Positions 37,501 to 51,000 of a DNA stretch of 64,000 nt are shown piece by piece. The notes beneath the pieces were generated by a model, which saw only the letters and a list, made by a program, of their open reading frames with translations, made no database searches and was not told the DNA's origin. How positions within the stretch are numbered: the first letter of the stretch is position 1; every line of letters begins with the position of its first letter. The DNA comes from Eledone cirrhosa (Eukaryota), in the NCBI GenBank assembly GCA_964016885.1, contig OZ024743.1, forward strand, positions 132,494,001 to 132,558,000. Reading direction: 5' to 3'. The position numbers and the translations under genes are program-made.

Positions 37501-39059
37501 TTTGTGTTTGGTGTTTGGTTTTTGGTGCTTGGTGCTTGGTGCTTGGTGCTTGGTCCTTGGTGTTTGGTGCTTGGTGCTTGGTGTTTGTACTTGGTGCTTG
37601 GTGTTTGGTGCTTGGTGCTTGGTGTTTGGTGCTTGGTGTTTGGTGTTTGCTGTTTGGTGTTTGGTGTTTGGTGTTTGGTGTTTGCTGTTTGGTGTCTGCT
37701 TTTTGGTGTTTGGTGTTTGCTGTATGGTGTTTGCTGTTTCGTGTTTGGTGTTTGCTGATTGGTGTTTGGTGTTTGCTGTTTGGTGTTTGGTCTTTGGTGC
37801 TTGGTGTTTGGTGCTTGGTGCTTGGTGTTTGGTGTTTGGTGCTTGGTGCTTGGTGCTTCGTGTTTGGTGTTTGGTGCTTGGTGTCTGGAGCTTGGTGTTT
37901 GTGTTTGGTGCTTGGTGTTTGGTGTTTGGTGCTTGGTGCTTGGTGTTTGGTGCTTGGTGCTTGGTGTTTGTACTTGGTGCTTGGTGCTTGGTGTTTGGTG
38001 CTTGGTTCTTGGTGTTTGGTGCTTGGTGTTTGGTGCTTGGTGCTTGGTGTTTGGTGCTTGGTGCTTGGTGCTTGGTGCTTGGTGTTAGGTGTTTGGTGCT
38101 TGGTGCTTGGCGTTTGGTGTTTGGTTCTTGGTGCTTGGTATTTGGTGCTTGGTGCTTGCTGCTTGGTGTTTGGTGCTTGGTGATTGATGCTTGGTGTTTG
38201 GTGCTTGGTGCTTGGTGTTTGGTTTTTGGTGCTAGGTGCTTGGTGCTTGGTGTTTGGTGCTTGGTGTTTGGTGTTTGGTGCTTGGTGCTTGGTGTTTGGT
38301 ACTTGGTGCTTGGTGCTTGGTGTTTGGTGCTTGGTGCTTGGTGTTTGGTGTTTGGTGTTTGGTGCTTGGTGCTTGGTGTTTGGTGCTTAGTGCTTGGTGC
38401 TGGGTGGTTGGTGTTTGGTGCTTGGTGCTTGGTGTTTGGTGCTAGGTGCATGGTGCTTGGTGTTTGGTGCTTGGTGCTTGGTGCTTGGTCTTTGGTGTTT
38501 GGTGTTTAGTGCTTGGTGCTTGGTGCTTGGTGCTTGGTGATTGGTCCTTGGTGTTTGGTGCTTGGTGCTTGGTGTTTGGTGTTTGGTGCTTGGTGCTTGG
38601 TGCTTCGTGTTTGGTGTTTGGTGCTTGGTGTCTGGAGCTTGGTGTTTGGTGTTTGGTGCTTGGTGTTTGGTGTTTGGTGCTTGGTGCTTGGTGTTTGGTG
38701 CTTGGTGCTTGGTGTTTGTACTTGGTGCTTGGTGCTTGGTGTTTGGTGCTTGGTTCTTGGTGTTTGGTGCTTGGTGTTTGGAACTTAGTGCTTGGTGTTT
38801 GGTGCTTGGTGCTTGGTGTTTGTACTTGGTGCTTGGTGCTTGCTGTTTGGTGCTTGGTTCTTGGTGTTTGGTGCTTGGTGTTTGGAGCTTGGTGCTTGGT
38901 GTTTGGTGCTTGGTGCTTGGTGTTTGGTGTTTGGTGCCTGGTGCTTGGTGTTTGGTGTTTGGTGCCTGGTGTTTGGTGTTTGGTGCTTGGTGCTTGGTGT
39001 TTGTTGCTTGGTAATTGGTGCATGGTGTTTGGTGCTGGGTGCTTGGTGTTTGGTGCTTG

Positions 39060-39860
39060 GTGTTTGGTGCTTGGTGCTTGGTGTTTGGTGCTTGGTGTTT
39101 GTACTTGGTGCTTGGTGCTTGGTGTTTTGTGCTTGGTTCTTGGGGTTTGGTGTTTGGTGCTTGGTACTTGGTGCTTGGTGTTAGGTGTTTGGTGCTTGGT
39201 GCTTGGTGTTTGGTGTTTGGTCCTTGGTGCTTGGTGCTTGGTGTTTAGTGCTTGGTGCTTGTTGTTTGTTGTTTGGTGCTTTCTGTTTGCTGCTTGGTGT
39301 TTGCTGCTTGGTGCTTGGTGCTTGGTGTTTGGTGTTTGGTGCTAGGTGCTTGGTGTTTGGTGTTTGGTGTTTGATGCTTGGTGTTTGGTGCTTGGTGTTT
39401 GGTGCTTGGTGCTTGGGGCTTGGTGTTTGGTGCTTGGTGCTTGGTGCTTGGTGTTTGGTGCTTGGTGCTTGGTGTTTGGTGCTTGGTGTTTGTACTTGGT
39501 GCTTGGTGCTTGGTGTTTTGTGCTTGGTTCTTGGGGTTTGGTGTTTGGTGCTTGGTACTTGGTGCTTGGTGTTAGGTGTTTGGTGCTTGGTGCTTGGTGT
39601 TTGGTGTTTGGTCCTTGGTGCTTGGTGCTTGGTGTTTAGTGCTTGGTGCTTGTTGTTTGTTGTTTGGTGCTTTCTGTTTGCTGCTTGGTGTTTGCTGCTT
39701 GGTGCTTGGTGCTTGGTGTTTGGTGTTTGGTGCTAGGTGCTTGGTGTTTGGTGTTTGGTGTTTGATGCTTGGTGTTTGGTGCTTGGTGTTTGGTGCTTGG
39801 TGCTTGGGGCTTGGTGTTTGGTGCTTGGTGCTTGGTGCTTGGTGTTTGGTGCTTGGTGCT
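39060..39860 (+). repeat. 391-bp tandem duplication
   Basis: ORFs 39185/39576 and 39346/39737; TTGTAC at 39099/39490; shared TTCTTGGGGT variant. Confidence 0.83.
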
Positions 39861-41564
39861 TGGTGTTTGGTGTTTGGTGTTTGGTGCTTGGTGCTTGGTG
39901 TTTGGTGCTTGGTGCTTGGTGCTGGGTGGTTGGTATTTGGTGCTTGGTGCTTGGTGTTTGGTGCTTGTTGCTTGGTGCTTGGTGTTTGGTGCTTGGTGCT
40001 TGGTGCTTGGTCTTTGGTGCTTGGTGTTTGGTGTTTGGTGCTTGGTGCTTTGTGTTTGGTGCTTGGTGATTAGTGTTTGGTGCTTGGTACTTGGTGTTTG
40101 GTGCTTGGTGTTTGGTGTTTGCTGTTTGGTGTTTGGTGTTTGGTGTTTGCTGTTTGGTGTCTGCTTTTTGGTGTTTGGTGTTTGCTGTATGGTGTTTGCT
40201 GTTTCGTGTTTGGTGTTTGCTGTTTGGTGTTTGGTGTTTGCTGTTTGGTCTTTGGTCTTTGGTGCTTGGTGTTTGGTGCTTGGTGCTTGGTGTTTGGTGT
40301 TTGGTGCTTGGTGTTTGGTGTTTGGTGCTTGGTGCTTGGTGCTTGGTGTTTGGTGCTTGGTGTCTGGTGCTTGGTGTCTGGTGCTTGGTGTTTGGTGTTT
40401 GGTGTTTGGTGCTTGGTGTTTGGTGTTTGGTGTTTGGTGTTTGGTGTTTGTTGCTTGGTGCTTGATGCTTGGTGTTTGGTGCTTGTTGCTTGGTGTTTGG
40501 TGCTGGGTGCTTGGTGTTTGGTGCTTGGTGCTTGGTGTTTGGTGTTTTGTGCTTGGTGCTTGGTGTTTGGTGTTTGGTGTTATATGCTTGGTGTTTGGTG
40601 CTTGGTGCTTGGTGTTTGGTGTTTGGTTCTTGATGCTTGGTATTTGGTGCTTGGTGCTTGCTGCTTGGTGTTTGGTGCTTGGTGATTGATGCTTGGTGTT
40701 TGGTGCTTGGTGCTTGGTGTTTGGTTTTTGGTGCTAGGTGCTTGGTGCTTGGTGTTTGGTGCTTGGTGTTTGGTGTTTGGTGCTTGGTGCTTGGTGTTTG
40801 GTACTTGGTGCTTGGTGCTTGGTGTTTGGTGCTTGGTGCTTGGTGTTTGGTGTTTGGTGTTTGGTGCTTGGTGCTTGGTGTTTGGTGCTTGGTGCTTGGT
40901 GCTGGGTGGTCGGTGTTTGGTGCTTGGTGCTTGGTGTTTCGTGCTAGGTGCATGGTGCTTGGTGTTTGGTGCTTGGTGCTTGGTGCTTGGTCTTTGGTGT
41001 TTGCTGTTTAGTGCTTGGTGCTTGGTGCTTGGTGCTTGGTGCTTGGTCCTTGGTGTTTGGTGCTTGGTGCTTGGTGTTTGGTGTTTGGTGCTTGGTGCTT
41101 GGTGCTTCGTGTTTGGTGTTTGGTGCTTGGTGTCTGGAGCTTGGTGTTTGGTGTTTGGTGCTTGGTGTTTGGTGTTTGGTGCTTGGTGCTTGGTGTTTGG
41201 TGCTTGGTGCTTGGTTTTTGTACTTGGTGCTTGGTGCTTGGTGTTTGGTGCTTGGTTCTTGGTGTTTGGTGCTTGGTGTTTGGAGCTTGGTGCTTGGTGT
41301 TTGGTGCTTGGTGCTTGGTGTTTGTACTTGGTGCTTGGTTCTTGGTGCTTGGTGCTTGGTTCTTGGTGTTTGGTGCTTGGTGTTTGGAGCTTGGTGCTTG
41401 GTGTTTGGTGCTTGGTGCTTGGTGTTTGGTGTTTGGTGCTTGGTGCTTGGTGTTTGGTGTTTGGTGCTTGGTGTTTGGTGTTTGGTGCTTGGTGCTTGGT
41501 GTTTGTTGCTTGGTACTTGGTGCATGGTGTTTGGTGCTGGGTGCTTGGTGTTTGGTGCTTGGTG

Positions 41565-43630
41565 TTTGGTGCTTGGTGCTTGGTGTTTGGTGTTTGGTGT
41601 TTGATGCTTGGTGTTTTATGCTTGGTGCTTGGTGTTTGGTGCTTGGTGTTTGTACTTGGTGCTTGGTGCTTGGTGTTTTGTGCTTGGTTCTTGGTGTTTG
41701 GTGTTTGGTGCTTGGTACTTGGTGCTTGGTGTTAGGTGTTTGGTGCTTGGTGCTTGGTGTTTGGTGTTTGGTCCTTGGTGCTTGGTGCTTGGTGTTTAGT
41801 GCTTGGTGCTTGGTGTTTGTTGTTTGGTGCTTTCTGTTTGCTGCTTGGTGTTTGCTGCTTGGTGCTTGGTGCTTGGTGTTTGGTGTTTGGTGCTAGGTGC
41901 TTGGTGTTTGGTGTTTGGTGTTTGATGCTTGGTGTTTGGTGCTTGGTGTTTGGTGCTTGGTGCTTGGGGCTTGGTGTTTGGTGCTTGGTGCTTGGTGCTT
42001 GGTGTTTGGTGCTTGGTGCTTGGTGTTTGGTGTTTGGTGTTTGGTGCTTGGTGCTTGGTGTTTGGTGCTTGGTGCTTGGTGCTGGGTGGTTGGTATTTGG
42101 TGATTGGTGCTTGGTGCTTGGTGTTTGGTGCTTGGTGCTTGGTGCTTGGTCTTTGGTGCTTGGTGTTTGGTGTTTGGTGCTTGGTGCTTTGTGTTTGGTG
42201 CTTGGTGATTAGTGTTTGGTGCTTGGTACTTGGTGTTTGGTGCTTGGTGTTTGGTGTTTGCTGTTTGGTGTTTGGTGTTTGCTGTTTGGTGTCTGCTTTT
42301 TGGTGTTTGGTGTTTGCTGTATGGTGTTTGCTGTTTCGTGTCTGGTGTTTGCTGTTTGGTGTTTGGTGTTTGCTGTTTGGTGTTTGGTCTTTGGTGCTTG
42401 GTGTTTGGTGCTTGGTGCTTGGTGTTTGGTGTTTGGTGCTTGGTGCTTGGTGCTTGGTGTTTGGTGCTTGGTGTCTGGTGCTTGGTGTCTGGCGCTTGGT
42501 GTTTGGTGTTTGGTGTTTGGTGCTTGGTGTTTGGTGTTTGGTGTTTGGTATTTGGTGCTTGTTGCTTGGTGCTTGGTGCTTGGTGTTTGGTGCTTGGTGC
42601 TTGGTGTTTGGTGTTTGGTGTTTGATGCTTGGTGTTTTATGCTTGGTGCTTGGTGTTTGGTGCTTGGTGTTTGTACTTGGTGCTTGGTGCTTGGTGTTTT
42701 GTGCTTGGTTCTTGGTGTTTGGTGTTTGGTGCTTGGTACTTGGTGCTTGGTGTTAGGTGTTTGGTGCTTGGTGCTTGGTGTTTGGTGTTTGGTCCTTGGT
42801 GCTTGGTGCTTGGTGTTTAGTACTTGGTGCTTGGTGTTTGTTGTTTGGTGCTTTCTGTTTGCTGCTTGGTGTTTGCTGCTTGGTGCTTGGTGCTTGGTGT
42901 TTGGTGTTTGGTGCTAGGTGCTTGGTGTTTGGTGTTTGGTGTTTGATGCTTGGTGTTTGGTGCTTGGTGTTTGGTGCTTGGTGCTTGGGGCTTGGTGTTT
43001 GGTGCTTGGTGCTTGGTGCTTGGTGTTTGGTGCTTGGTGCTTGGTGTTTGGTGTTTGGTGTTTGGTGCTTGGTGCTTGGTGTTTGGTGCTTGGTGCTTGG
43101 TGCTGGGTGGTTGGTATTTGGTGATTGGTGCTTGGTGCTTGGTGTTTGGTGCTTGGTGCTTGGTGCTTGGTCTTTGGTGCTTGGTGTTTGGTGTTTGGTG
43201 CTTGGTGCTTTGTGTTTGGTGCTTGGTGATTAGTGTTTGGTGCTTGGTACTTGGTGTTTGGTGCTTGGTGTTTGGTGTTTGCTGTTTGGTGTTTGGTGTT
43301 TGCTGTTTGGTGTCTGCTTTTTGGTGTTTGGTGTTTGCTGTATGGTGTTTGCTGTTTCGTGTCTGGTGTTTGCTGTTTGGTGTTTGGTGTTTGCTGTTTG
43401 GTGTTTGGTCTTTGGTGCTTGGTGTTTGGTGCTTGGTGCTTGGTGTTTGGTGTTTGGTGCTTGGTGCTTGGTGCTTGGTGTTTGGTGCTTGGTGTCTGGT
43501 GCTTGGTGTCTGGCGCTTGGTGTTTGGTGTTTGGTGTTTGGTGCTTGGTGTTTGGTGTTTGGTGTTTGGTATTTGGTGCTTGTTGCTTGGTGCTTGGTGC
43601 TTGGTGTTTGGTGCTTGGTGCTTGGTGTTT
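41565..43630 (+). repeat. 1021-bp tandem duplication
   Basis: ORFs 41608/42629, 41736/42757 and 42212/43233. Shared private variants TTCGTGTCTGG and CTGGCGC. Confidence 0.87.
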
Positions 43631-45037
43631 GGTGCTGGGTGCTTGGTGTTTGGTGCTTGGTGCTTGGTGCTTGGTGTTTGGTGTTTGGTGTTATATGCTT
43701 GGTGTTTGATGCTTGGTGCTTGGTGCTTGGTGTTTGGTGTTTGGTGCTTGGTGTTTTATGCTTGGTGTTTGATGTTTGGTGCTTGGTGCTTGGTGTTTGG
43801 TGCTTGGTGCTTGGTGTTTGTACTTGGTGCTTGGTGCTTGGTTCTTGGTGTTTGGTGCTTGGTGCTTGGTGCTTGGTGCTTGGTGTTTGGTGCTTGGTGT
43901 TTGGTGCTTGGTGTTTGGTGCTTGGTGCCTGGTGCTTGGTGCTTGGTGCTTGGTGTTTGGTGCTTGGTGTTTGCTGCTTGGTATTAGGTGTTTGGTGCTT
44001 GGTGATTGGTGTTTGGTGTTTGGTGCTTGGTGCTTGGTGCTTGGTGTTTGGTGTTTGGTGCTTGGTGTTTGGTGCTTGGTACTTGGTGCTTGGTGCTTGG
44101 TGTTAGGTGTTTGGTGCTTGGTGCTTGGTGTTTGGTTTTTGGTGCTTGGTGCTTGGTGTTTGGTGTTTGGTGCTTGCTGCTGGCTGCTTGGTGTTTGGTG
44201 CTTGGTGATTGGTGCTTGGTGTTTGGTGCTTGGTGTTTGGTGTTTGGTACTAGGTGCTTGGTGCTTGGTGTTTGGTGCTTGGTGCTTGGTGTTTGGTGCT
44301 TGGTGCTTGGTTCTGGGTGGTTGGTGTTTGGTGCTTGGTGTTTGGTGCTGGGTGCTTGGTGTTTGGTGCTTGGTGCTTGGTCTTTGGTGTTTGGTGTTTG
44401 GTGTTTGGGGCTTGGTGCTTGGTGCTTGGTGTTTGGTGCTTGGTGCTTAGTGTTTGGTGCTAGGTGCTTGGGGTTTGGTGTTTGGTGCTTGGTGCTTGGT
44501 GTTTGGTGCTTGGTGCTTGGTGTTTGGTGTTTGGTGCTTGGTGCTTGGTGTTTGGTGTTTCCTGTTTGGTGTTTGGTGTTTGGTGTTTGGTGTTTGCTGT
44601 TTGGTGTCTGCTTTTTGGTGTTTGGTGTTTGCTGTATGTTATTTGCTGTTTGGTGTTTGGTGTTTGGTGTTTGGTGCTTGGTGCTTGGTGTTTGGTGCTT
44701 GGTGCTTGGTGTTTGGTGCCTGGTGCTTGGTGCTTGGAGTTTGGTGTTTGGTGCTTGGTGCTTGGTGTTTTGTGTTTGGTGTTTGGTGCTTGGTGCTTGG
44801 TGCTTGGTCCTTGGTGTTTGGTGCTTGGTGCTTGGTGTTTGTACTTGGTGCTTGGTGCTTGGTGTTTGGTTCTTGGTTCCTGGTGTTTGGTACTTGGTGC
44901 TTGGTGCTTGGTGTTTGGTGCTTGGTGCTTGGTGTTTGGTGTTTGGTGTTTGGTGCTTGGTGCTTGGTGTTTGGTGCTTGGTGCTTGGTGCTGGGTGGTT
45001 GGTATTTGGTGCTTGGTGCTTGGTGTTTGGTGCTTGG

Positions 45038-48000
45038 TGCTTGGTGCTTGGTGTTTGGTGCTTGGTGCTTGGTGCTTGGTCTTTGGTGCTTGGTGTTTGG
45101 TGTTTGGTGCTTGGTGCTTTGTGTTTGGTGCTTGGTGATTAGTGTTTGGTGTTTGGTGCTTGGTGCTTGGTGTTTGGTGCTTGGTACTTGGTGTTTGGTG
45201 CTGGGTGCTTGGTGTTTGGTGCTTGGTGCTTGGTGTTTGGTGTTTGGTGCTTGGTGCTTGGTGTTTGGTGTTTGGTGTTATATGCTTGGTGTTTCGTGCT
45301 AGGTGCATGGTGCTTGGTGTTTGGTGCTTGGTGCTTGGTGCTTGGTCTTTGGTGTTTGGTGTTTAGTGCTTGGTGCTTGGTGCTTGGTGTTTGGTTCTTG
45401 GTGCTTGGTCCTTGGTGTTTGGTGCTTGGTGCTTGGTGTTTGGTGTTTGGTGCTTGGTGCTTGGTGCTTCGTGTTTGGTGTTTGGTGCTTGGTGTCTGGA
45501 GCTTGGTGTTTGGTGTTTGGTGCTTGGTGTTTGGTGTTTGGTGCTTGGTGCTTGGTGTTTGGTGCTTGGTGCTTGGTGTTTGTACTTGGTGCTTGGTGCT
45601 TGGTGTTTGGTGCTTGGTTCTTGGTGTTTGGTGCTTGGTGTTTGGAGCTTGGTGCTTGGTGTTTGGTGCTTGGTGCTTGGTGTTTGTACTTGGTGCTTGG
45701 TGCTTGGTGTTTGGTGCTTGGTTCTTGGTGTTTGGTGCTTGGTGTTTGGAGCTTGGTGCTTGGTGTTTGGTGCTTGGTGCTTGGTGTTTGGTGTTTGGTG
45801 CTTGGTGCTTGGTGTTTGGTGTTTGGTGTTTGGTGTTTGGTGTTTGGTGCTTGGTGCTTGGTGTTTGTTGCTTGGTACTTGGTGCATGGTGTTTGGTGCT
45901 GGGTGCTTGGTGTTTGGTGCTTGGTGTTTGGTGCTTGGTGCTTGGTGTTTGGTGTTTGGTGTTTGATGCTTGGTGTTTTATGCTTGGTGCTTGGTGTTTG
46001 GTGCTTGGTGTTTGTACTTGGTGCTTGGTGCTTGGTGTTTTGTGCTTGGTTCTTGGTGTTTGGTGTTTGGTGCTTGGTACTTGGTGCTTGGTGTTAGGTG
46101 TTTGGTGCTTGGTGCTTGGTGTTTGGTGTTCGGTCCTTGGTGCTTGGTGCTTGGTGTTTAGTGCTTGGTGCTTGGTGTTTGTTGTTTGGTGCTTTCTGTT
46201 TGCTGCTTGGTGTTTGCTGCTTGGTGCTTGGTGCTTGGTGTTTGGTGTTTGGTGCTAGGTGCTTGGTGTTTGGTGTTTGGTGTTTGATGCTTGGTGTTTG
46301 GTGCTTGGTGTTTGGTGCTTGGTGCTTGGGGCTTGGTGTTTGGTGCTTGGTGCTTGGTGCTTGGTGTTTGGTGCTTGGTGCTTGGTGTTTGGTGTTTGGT
46401 GTTTGGTGCTTGGTGCTTGGTGTTTGGTGCTTGGTGCTTGGTGCTGGGTGGTTGGTATTTGGTGATTGGTGCTTGGTGCTTGGTGTTTGGTGCTTGGTGC
46501 TTGGTGCTTGGTCTTTGGTGCTTGGTGTTTGGTGTTTGGTGCTTGGTGCTTTGTGTTTGGTGCTTGGTGATTAGTGTTTGGTGCTTGGTACTTGGTGTTT
46601 GGTGCTTGGTGTTTGGTGTTTGCTGTTTGGTGTTTGGTGTTTGGTGTTTGCTGTTTGGTGTCTGCTTTTTGGTGTTTGGTGTTTGCTGTATGGTGTTTGC
46701 TGTTTCGTGTTTGGTGTTTGCTGTTTGGTGTTTGGTGTTTGCTGTTTGGTGTTTGGTCTTTGGTGCTTGGTGTTTGGTGCTTGGTGCTTGGTGTTTGGTG
46801 TTTGGTGCTTGGTGCTTGGTGCTTGGTGTTTGGTGCTTGGTGTCTGGTGCTTGGTGTCTGGTGCTTGGTGTTTGGTGTTTGGTGTTTGGTGCTTGGTGTT
46901 TGGTGTTTGGTGTTTGGTGTTTGGTGCTTGTTGCTTGGTGCTTGGTGCTTGGTGTTTGGTGCTTGGTGCTTGGTGTTTGGTGCTGGGTGCTTGGTGTTTG
47001 GTGCTTGGTGCTTGGTGCTTGGTGTTTGGTGTTTGGTGTTATATGCTTGGTGTTTGATGCTTGGTGCTTGGTGCTTGTTGTTTGGCGTTTGGTGCTTGGT
47101 GTTTTATGCTTGGTGTTTGATGTTTGGTGCTTGGTGCTTGGTGTTTGGTGCTTGGTGCTTGGTGTTTGTACTTGGTGCTTGGTGCTTGGTTCTTGGTGTT
47201 TGGTGCTTGGTGCTTGGTGCTTGGTGCTTGGTGTTTGGTGCTTGGTGTTTGGTGCTTGGTGTTTGGTGCTTGGTGTTTGGTGCTTGGTGCCTGGTGCTTG
47301 GTGCTTGGTGCTTGGTGTTTGGTGCTTGGTGTTTGCTGCTTGGTATTAGGTGTTTGGTGCTTGGTGCTTGGTGTTTGGTGTTTGGTGCTTGGTGTTTGGT
47401 GCTTGGTGTTTGGTGTTTGGTGCTTGGTGTTTGGTGCTTGGTACTTGGTGCTTGGTGCTTGGTGTTTTGGTGTTTGGTGCTTGGTGCTTGGTGTTTGGTT
47501 TTTGGTGCTTCGTGCTTGGTGTTTGGTGTTTGGTGCTTGCTGCTGGCTGCTTGGTGTTTGGTGCTTGGTGATTGGTGCTTGGTGTTTGGTGCTTGGTGTT
47601 TGGTGTTTGGTACTAGGTGCTTGGTGCTTGGTGTTTGGTGCTTGGTGCTTGGTGTTTGGTGCTTGGTGCTGGGTTCTGGGTGGTTGGTGTTTGGTGCTTG
47701 GTGTTTGGTGCTGGGTGCTTGGTGTTTGGTGCTTGGTGCTTGGTCTTTGGTGTTTGGTGTTTGGTGTTTGGGGCTTGGTGCTTGGTGCTTGGTGTTTGGT
47801 GCTTGGTGCTTGGTGTTTGGTGCTTGGTGCTTAGTGTTTGGTGCTAGGTGCTTGGGGTTTGGTGTTTGGTGCTTGGTGCTTGGTGTTTGGTGTTTGGTGC
47901 TTGGTGCTTGGTGTTTGGTGTTTCCTGTTTGCTGTTTGGTGTTTGGTGTTTGGTGTTTGCTGTTTGGTGTCTGCTTTTTGGTGTTTGGTGTTTGCTGTAT

Positions 48001-51000
48001 GTTATTTGCTGTTTGGTGTTTGGTGTTTGGTGTTTGGTGCTTGGTGCTTGGTGTTTGGTGCCTGGTGCTTGGGGCTTGGTGTTTGGTGTTTGGTGCTTGG
48101 TGCTTGGAGTTTGGTGTTTGGTGCTTGGTGCTTGGTGTTTTGTGTTTGGTGTTTGGTTTTTGGTGCTTGGTGCTTGGTGCTTGGTGCTTGGTCCTTGGTG
48201 TTTGGTGCTTGGTGCTTGGTGTTTGTACTTGGTGCTTGGTGCTTGGTGTTTGGTTCTTGGTTCCTGGTGTTTGGTACTTGGTGCTTGGTGCTTGGTGTTT
48301 GGTGCTTGGTGCTTGGTGTTTGGTGTTTGGTGTTTGGTGCTTGGTGCTTGGTGTTTGGTGCTTGGTGCTTGGTGCTGGGTGGTTGGTATTTGGTGCTTGG
48401 TGCTTGGTGTTTGGTGCTTGGTGCTTGGTGCTTGGTGTTTGGTGCTTGGTGCTTGGTGCTTGGTCTTTGGTGCTTGGTGTTTGGTGTTTGGTGCTTGGTG
48501 CTTTGTGTTTGGTGCTTGGTGATTAGTGTTTGGTGCTTGGTACTTGGTGTTTGGTGCTTGGTGTTTGGTGTTTGCTGTTTGGTGTTTGGTGTTTGGTGTT
48601 TGCTGTTTGGTGTCTGCTTTTTGGTGTTTGGTGTTTGCTGTATGGTGTTTGCTGTTTCGTGTTTGGTGTTTGCTGTTTGGTGTTTGGTGTTTGCTGTTTG
48701 GTGTTTGGTCTTTGGTGCTTGGTGATTGGTGCTTGGTACTTGGTGTTTGGTGTTTGGTGCTTGGTGTTTGGTGTTTGGTGCTTCGTGCTTGGTGCTTGGT
48801 GTTTGGTGCTTGGTGTCTGGTGCTTGGTGTCTGGTGCTTGGTGTTTGGTGTTTGGTGTTTGGTGCTTGGTGTTTGGTGTTTGGTACTTGTTGCTTGGTGC
48901 TTGGTGCTTGGTGTTTGGTGCTTGGTGCTTGGTGTTTGGTGCTGGGTGCTTGGTGTTTGGTGTTTGGTGCTTGGTGCTTGGTGTTTGGTGTTTGGTGTTA
49001 TATGCTTGGTGTTTGGTGCTTGGTGCTTGGTGTTTGGTGTTTGGTTCTTGATGCTTGGTATTTGGTGCTTGGTGCTTGCTGCTTGGTGTTTGGTGCTTGG
49101 TGATTGATGCTTGGTGTTTGGTGCTTGGTGCTTGGTGTTTGGTGCTTGGTGTTTGGTGTTTGGTGCTTGGTGCTTGGTGTTTGGTGTTTGGTGTTTGGTG
49201 CTTGGTGCTTGGTGTTTGGTGCTTGGTGCTGGGTGGTTGGTGTTTGGTGCTTGGTGCTTGGTGTTCCGTGCTAGGTGCATGGTGCTTGGTGTTTGGTGCT
49301 TGGTGCTTGGTGCTTGGTCTTTGGTGTTTGGTGTTTAGTGCTTGGTGCTTGGTGCTTGGTGTTTGGTGCTTGGTGCTTGGTCCTTGGTGTTTGGTGCTTG
49401 GTGCTTGGTGTTTGGTGTTTGGTGCTTGGTGCTTGGTGCTTCGTGTTTGGTGTTTGGTGCTTGGTGTCTGGAGCTTGGTGTTTGGTGTTTGGTGCTTGGT
49501 GTTTGGTGTTTGGTGCTTGGTGCTTGGTGTTTGGTGCTTGGTGCTTGGTGCTTGGTGTTTGTACTTGGTGCTTGGTGCTTGGTGTTTGGTGCTTGGTTCT
49601 TGGTGTTTGGTGCTTGGTGTTTGGAGCTTGGTGCTTGGTGTTTGGTGCTTGGTGCTTGGTGTTTGTACTTGGTGCTTGGTGCTTGGTGTTTGGTGCTTGG
49701 TACTTGGTGTTTGGTGCTTGGTGTTTGGAGCTTGGTGCTTGGTGTTTGGTGCTTGGTGCTTGGTGTTTGGTGTTTGGTGCTTGGAGCTTGTTGTTTGGTG
49801 TTTGGTGCTTGGTGTTTGGTTTTTGGTGTTTGGTGCTTGGTGTTTGGTGCTTGGTGCTTGGTGTTTGGTGTTTGGTGTTTGATGCTTGGTGTTTTATGCT
49901 TGGTGCTTGGTGTTTGGTGCTTGGTGTTTGTATTTGGTGCTTGGTGCTTGGTGTTTTGATCTTGGTTCTTGGTGTTTGGTGTTTGGTGCTTGGTACTTGG
50001 TGCTTGGTGTTTGGTGCTTGGTGCTTGGTGTTTGGTATTTGGTGCCTGGTGCTTGGTGTTTGGTGTTTGGTGCTTGGTGTTTGGTGTTTGGTGCTTGGTG
50101 CTTGGTGTTTGTTGCTTGGTACTTGGTGCATGGTGTTTGGTGCTGGGTGCTTGGTGTTTGGTGCTTGGTGTTTGGTGCTTGGTGCTTGGTGTTTGGTGTT
50201 TGGTGTTTGATGCTTGGTGTTTTATGCTTGGTGCTTGGTGTTTGGTGCTTGGTGCTTGGTGCTTGGTCTTTGGTGCTTGGTGTTTGGTGTTTGGTGCTTG
50301 GTGCTTTGTGTTTGGTGCTTGGTGATTAGTGTTTGGTGTTTGGTGCTTGGTGCTTGGTGTTTGGTGCTTGGTACTTGGTGTTTGGTGCTGGGTGCTTGGT
50401 GTTTGGTGCTTGGTGCTTGGTGTTTGGTGTTTGGTGCTTGGTGCTTGGTGTTTGGTGTTTGGTGTTATATGCTTGGTGTTTCGTGCTAGGTGCATGGTGC
50501 TTGGTGTTTGGTGCTTGGTGCTTGGTGCTTGGTCTTTGGTGTTTGGTGTTTAGTGCTTGGTGCTTGGTGCTTGGTGTTTGGTTCTTGGTGCTTGGTCCTT
50601 GGTGTTTGGTGCTTGGTGCTTGGTGTTTGGTGTTTGGTGCTTGGTGCTTGGTGCTTCGTGTTTGGTGTTTGGTGCTTGGTGTCTGGAGCTTGGTGTTTGG
50701 TGTTTGGTGCTTGGTGTTTGGTGTTTGGTGCTTGGTGCTTGGTGTTTGGTGCTTGGTGCTTGGTGTTTGTACTTGGTGCTTGGTGCTTGGTGTTTGGTGC
50801 TTGGTTCTTGGTGTTTGGTGCTTGGTGTTTGGAGCTTGGTGCTTGGTGTTTGGTGCTTGGTGCTTGGTGTTTGTACTTGGTGCTTGGTGCTTGGTGTTTG
50901 GTGCTTGGTTCTTGGTGTTTGGTGCTTGGTGTTTGGAGCTTGGTGCTTGGTGTTTGGTGCTTGGTGCTTGGTGTTTGGTGTTTGGTGCTTGGTGCTTGGT

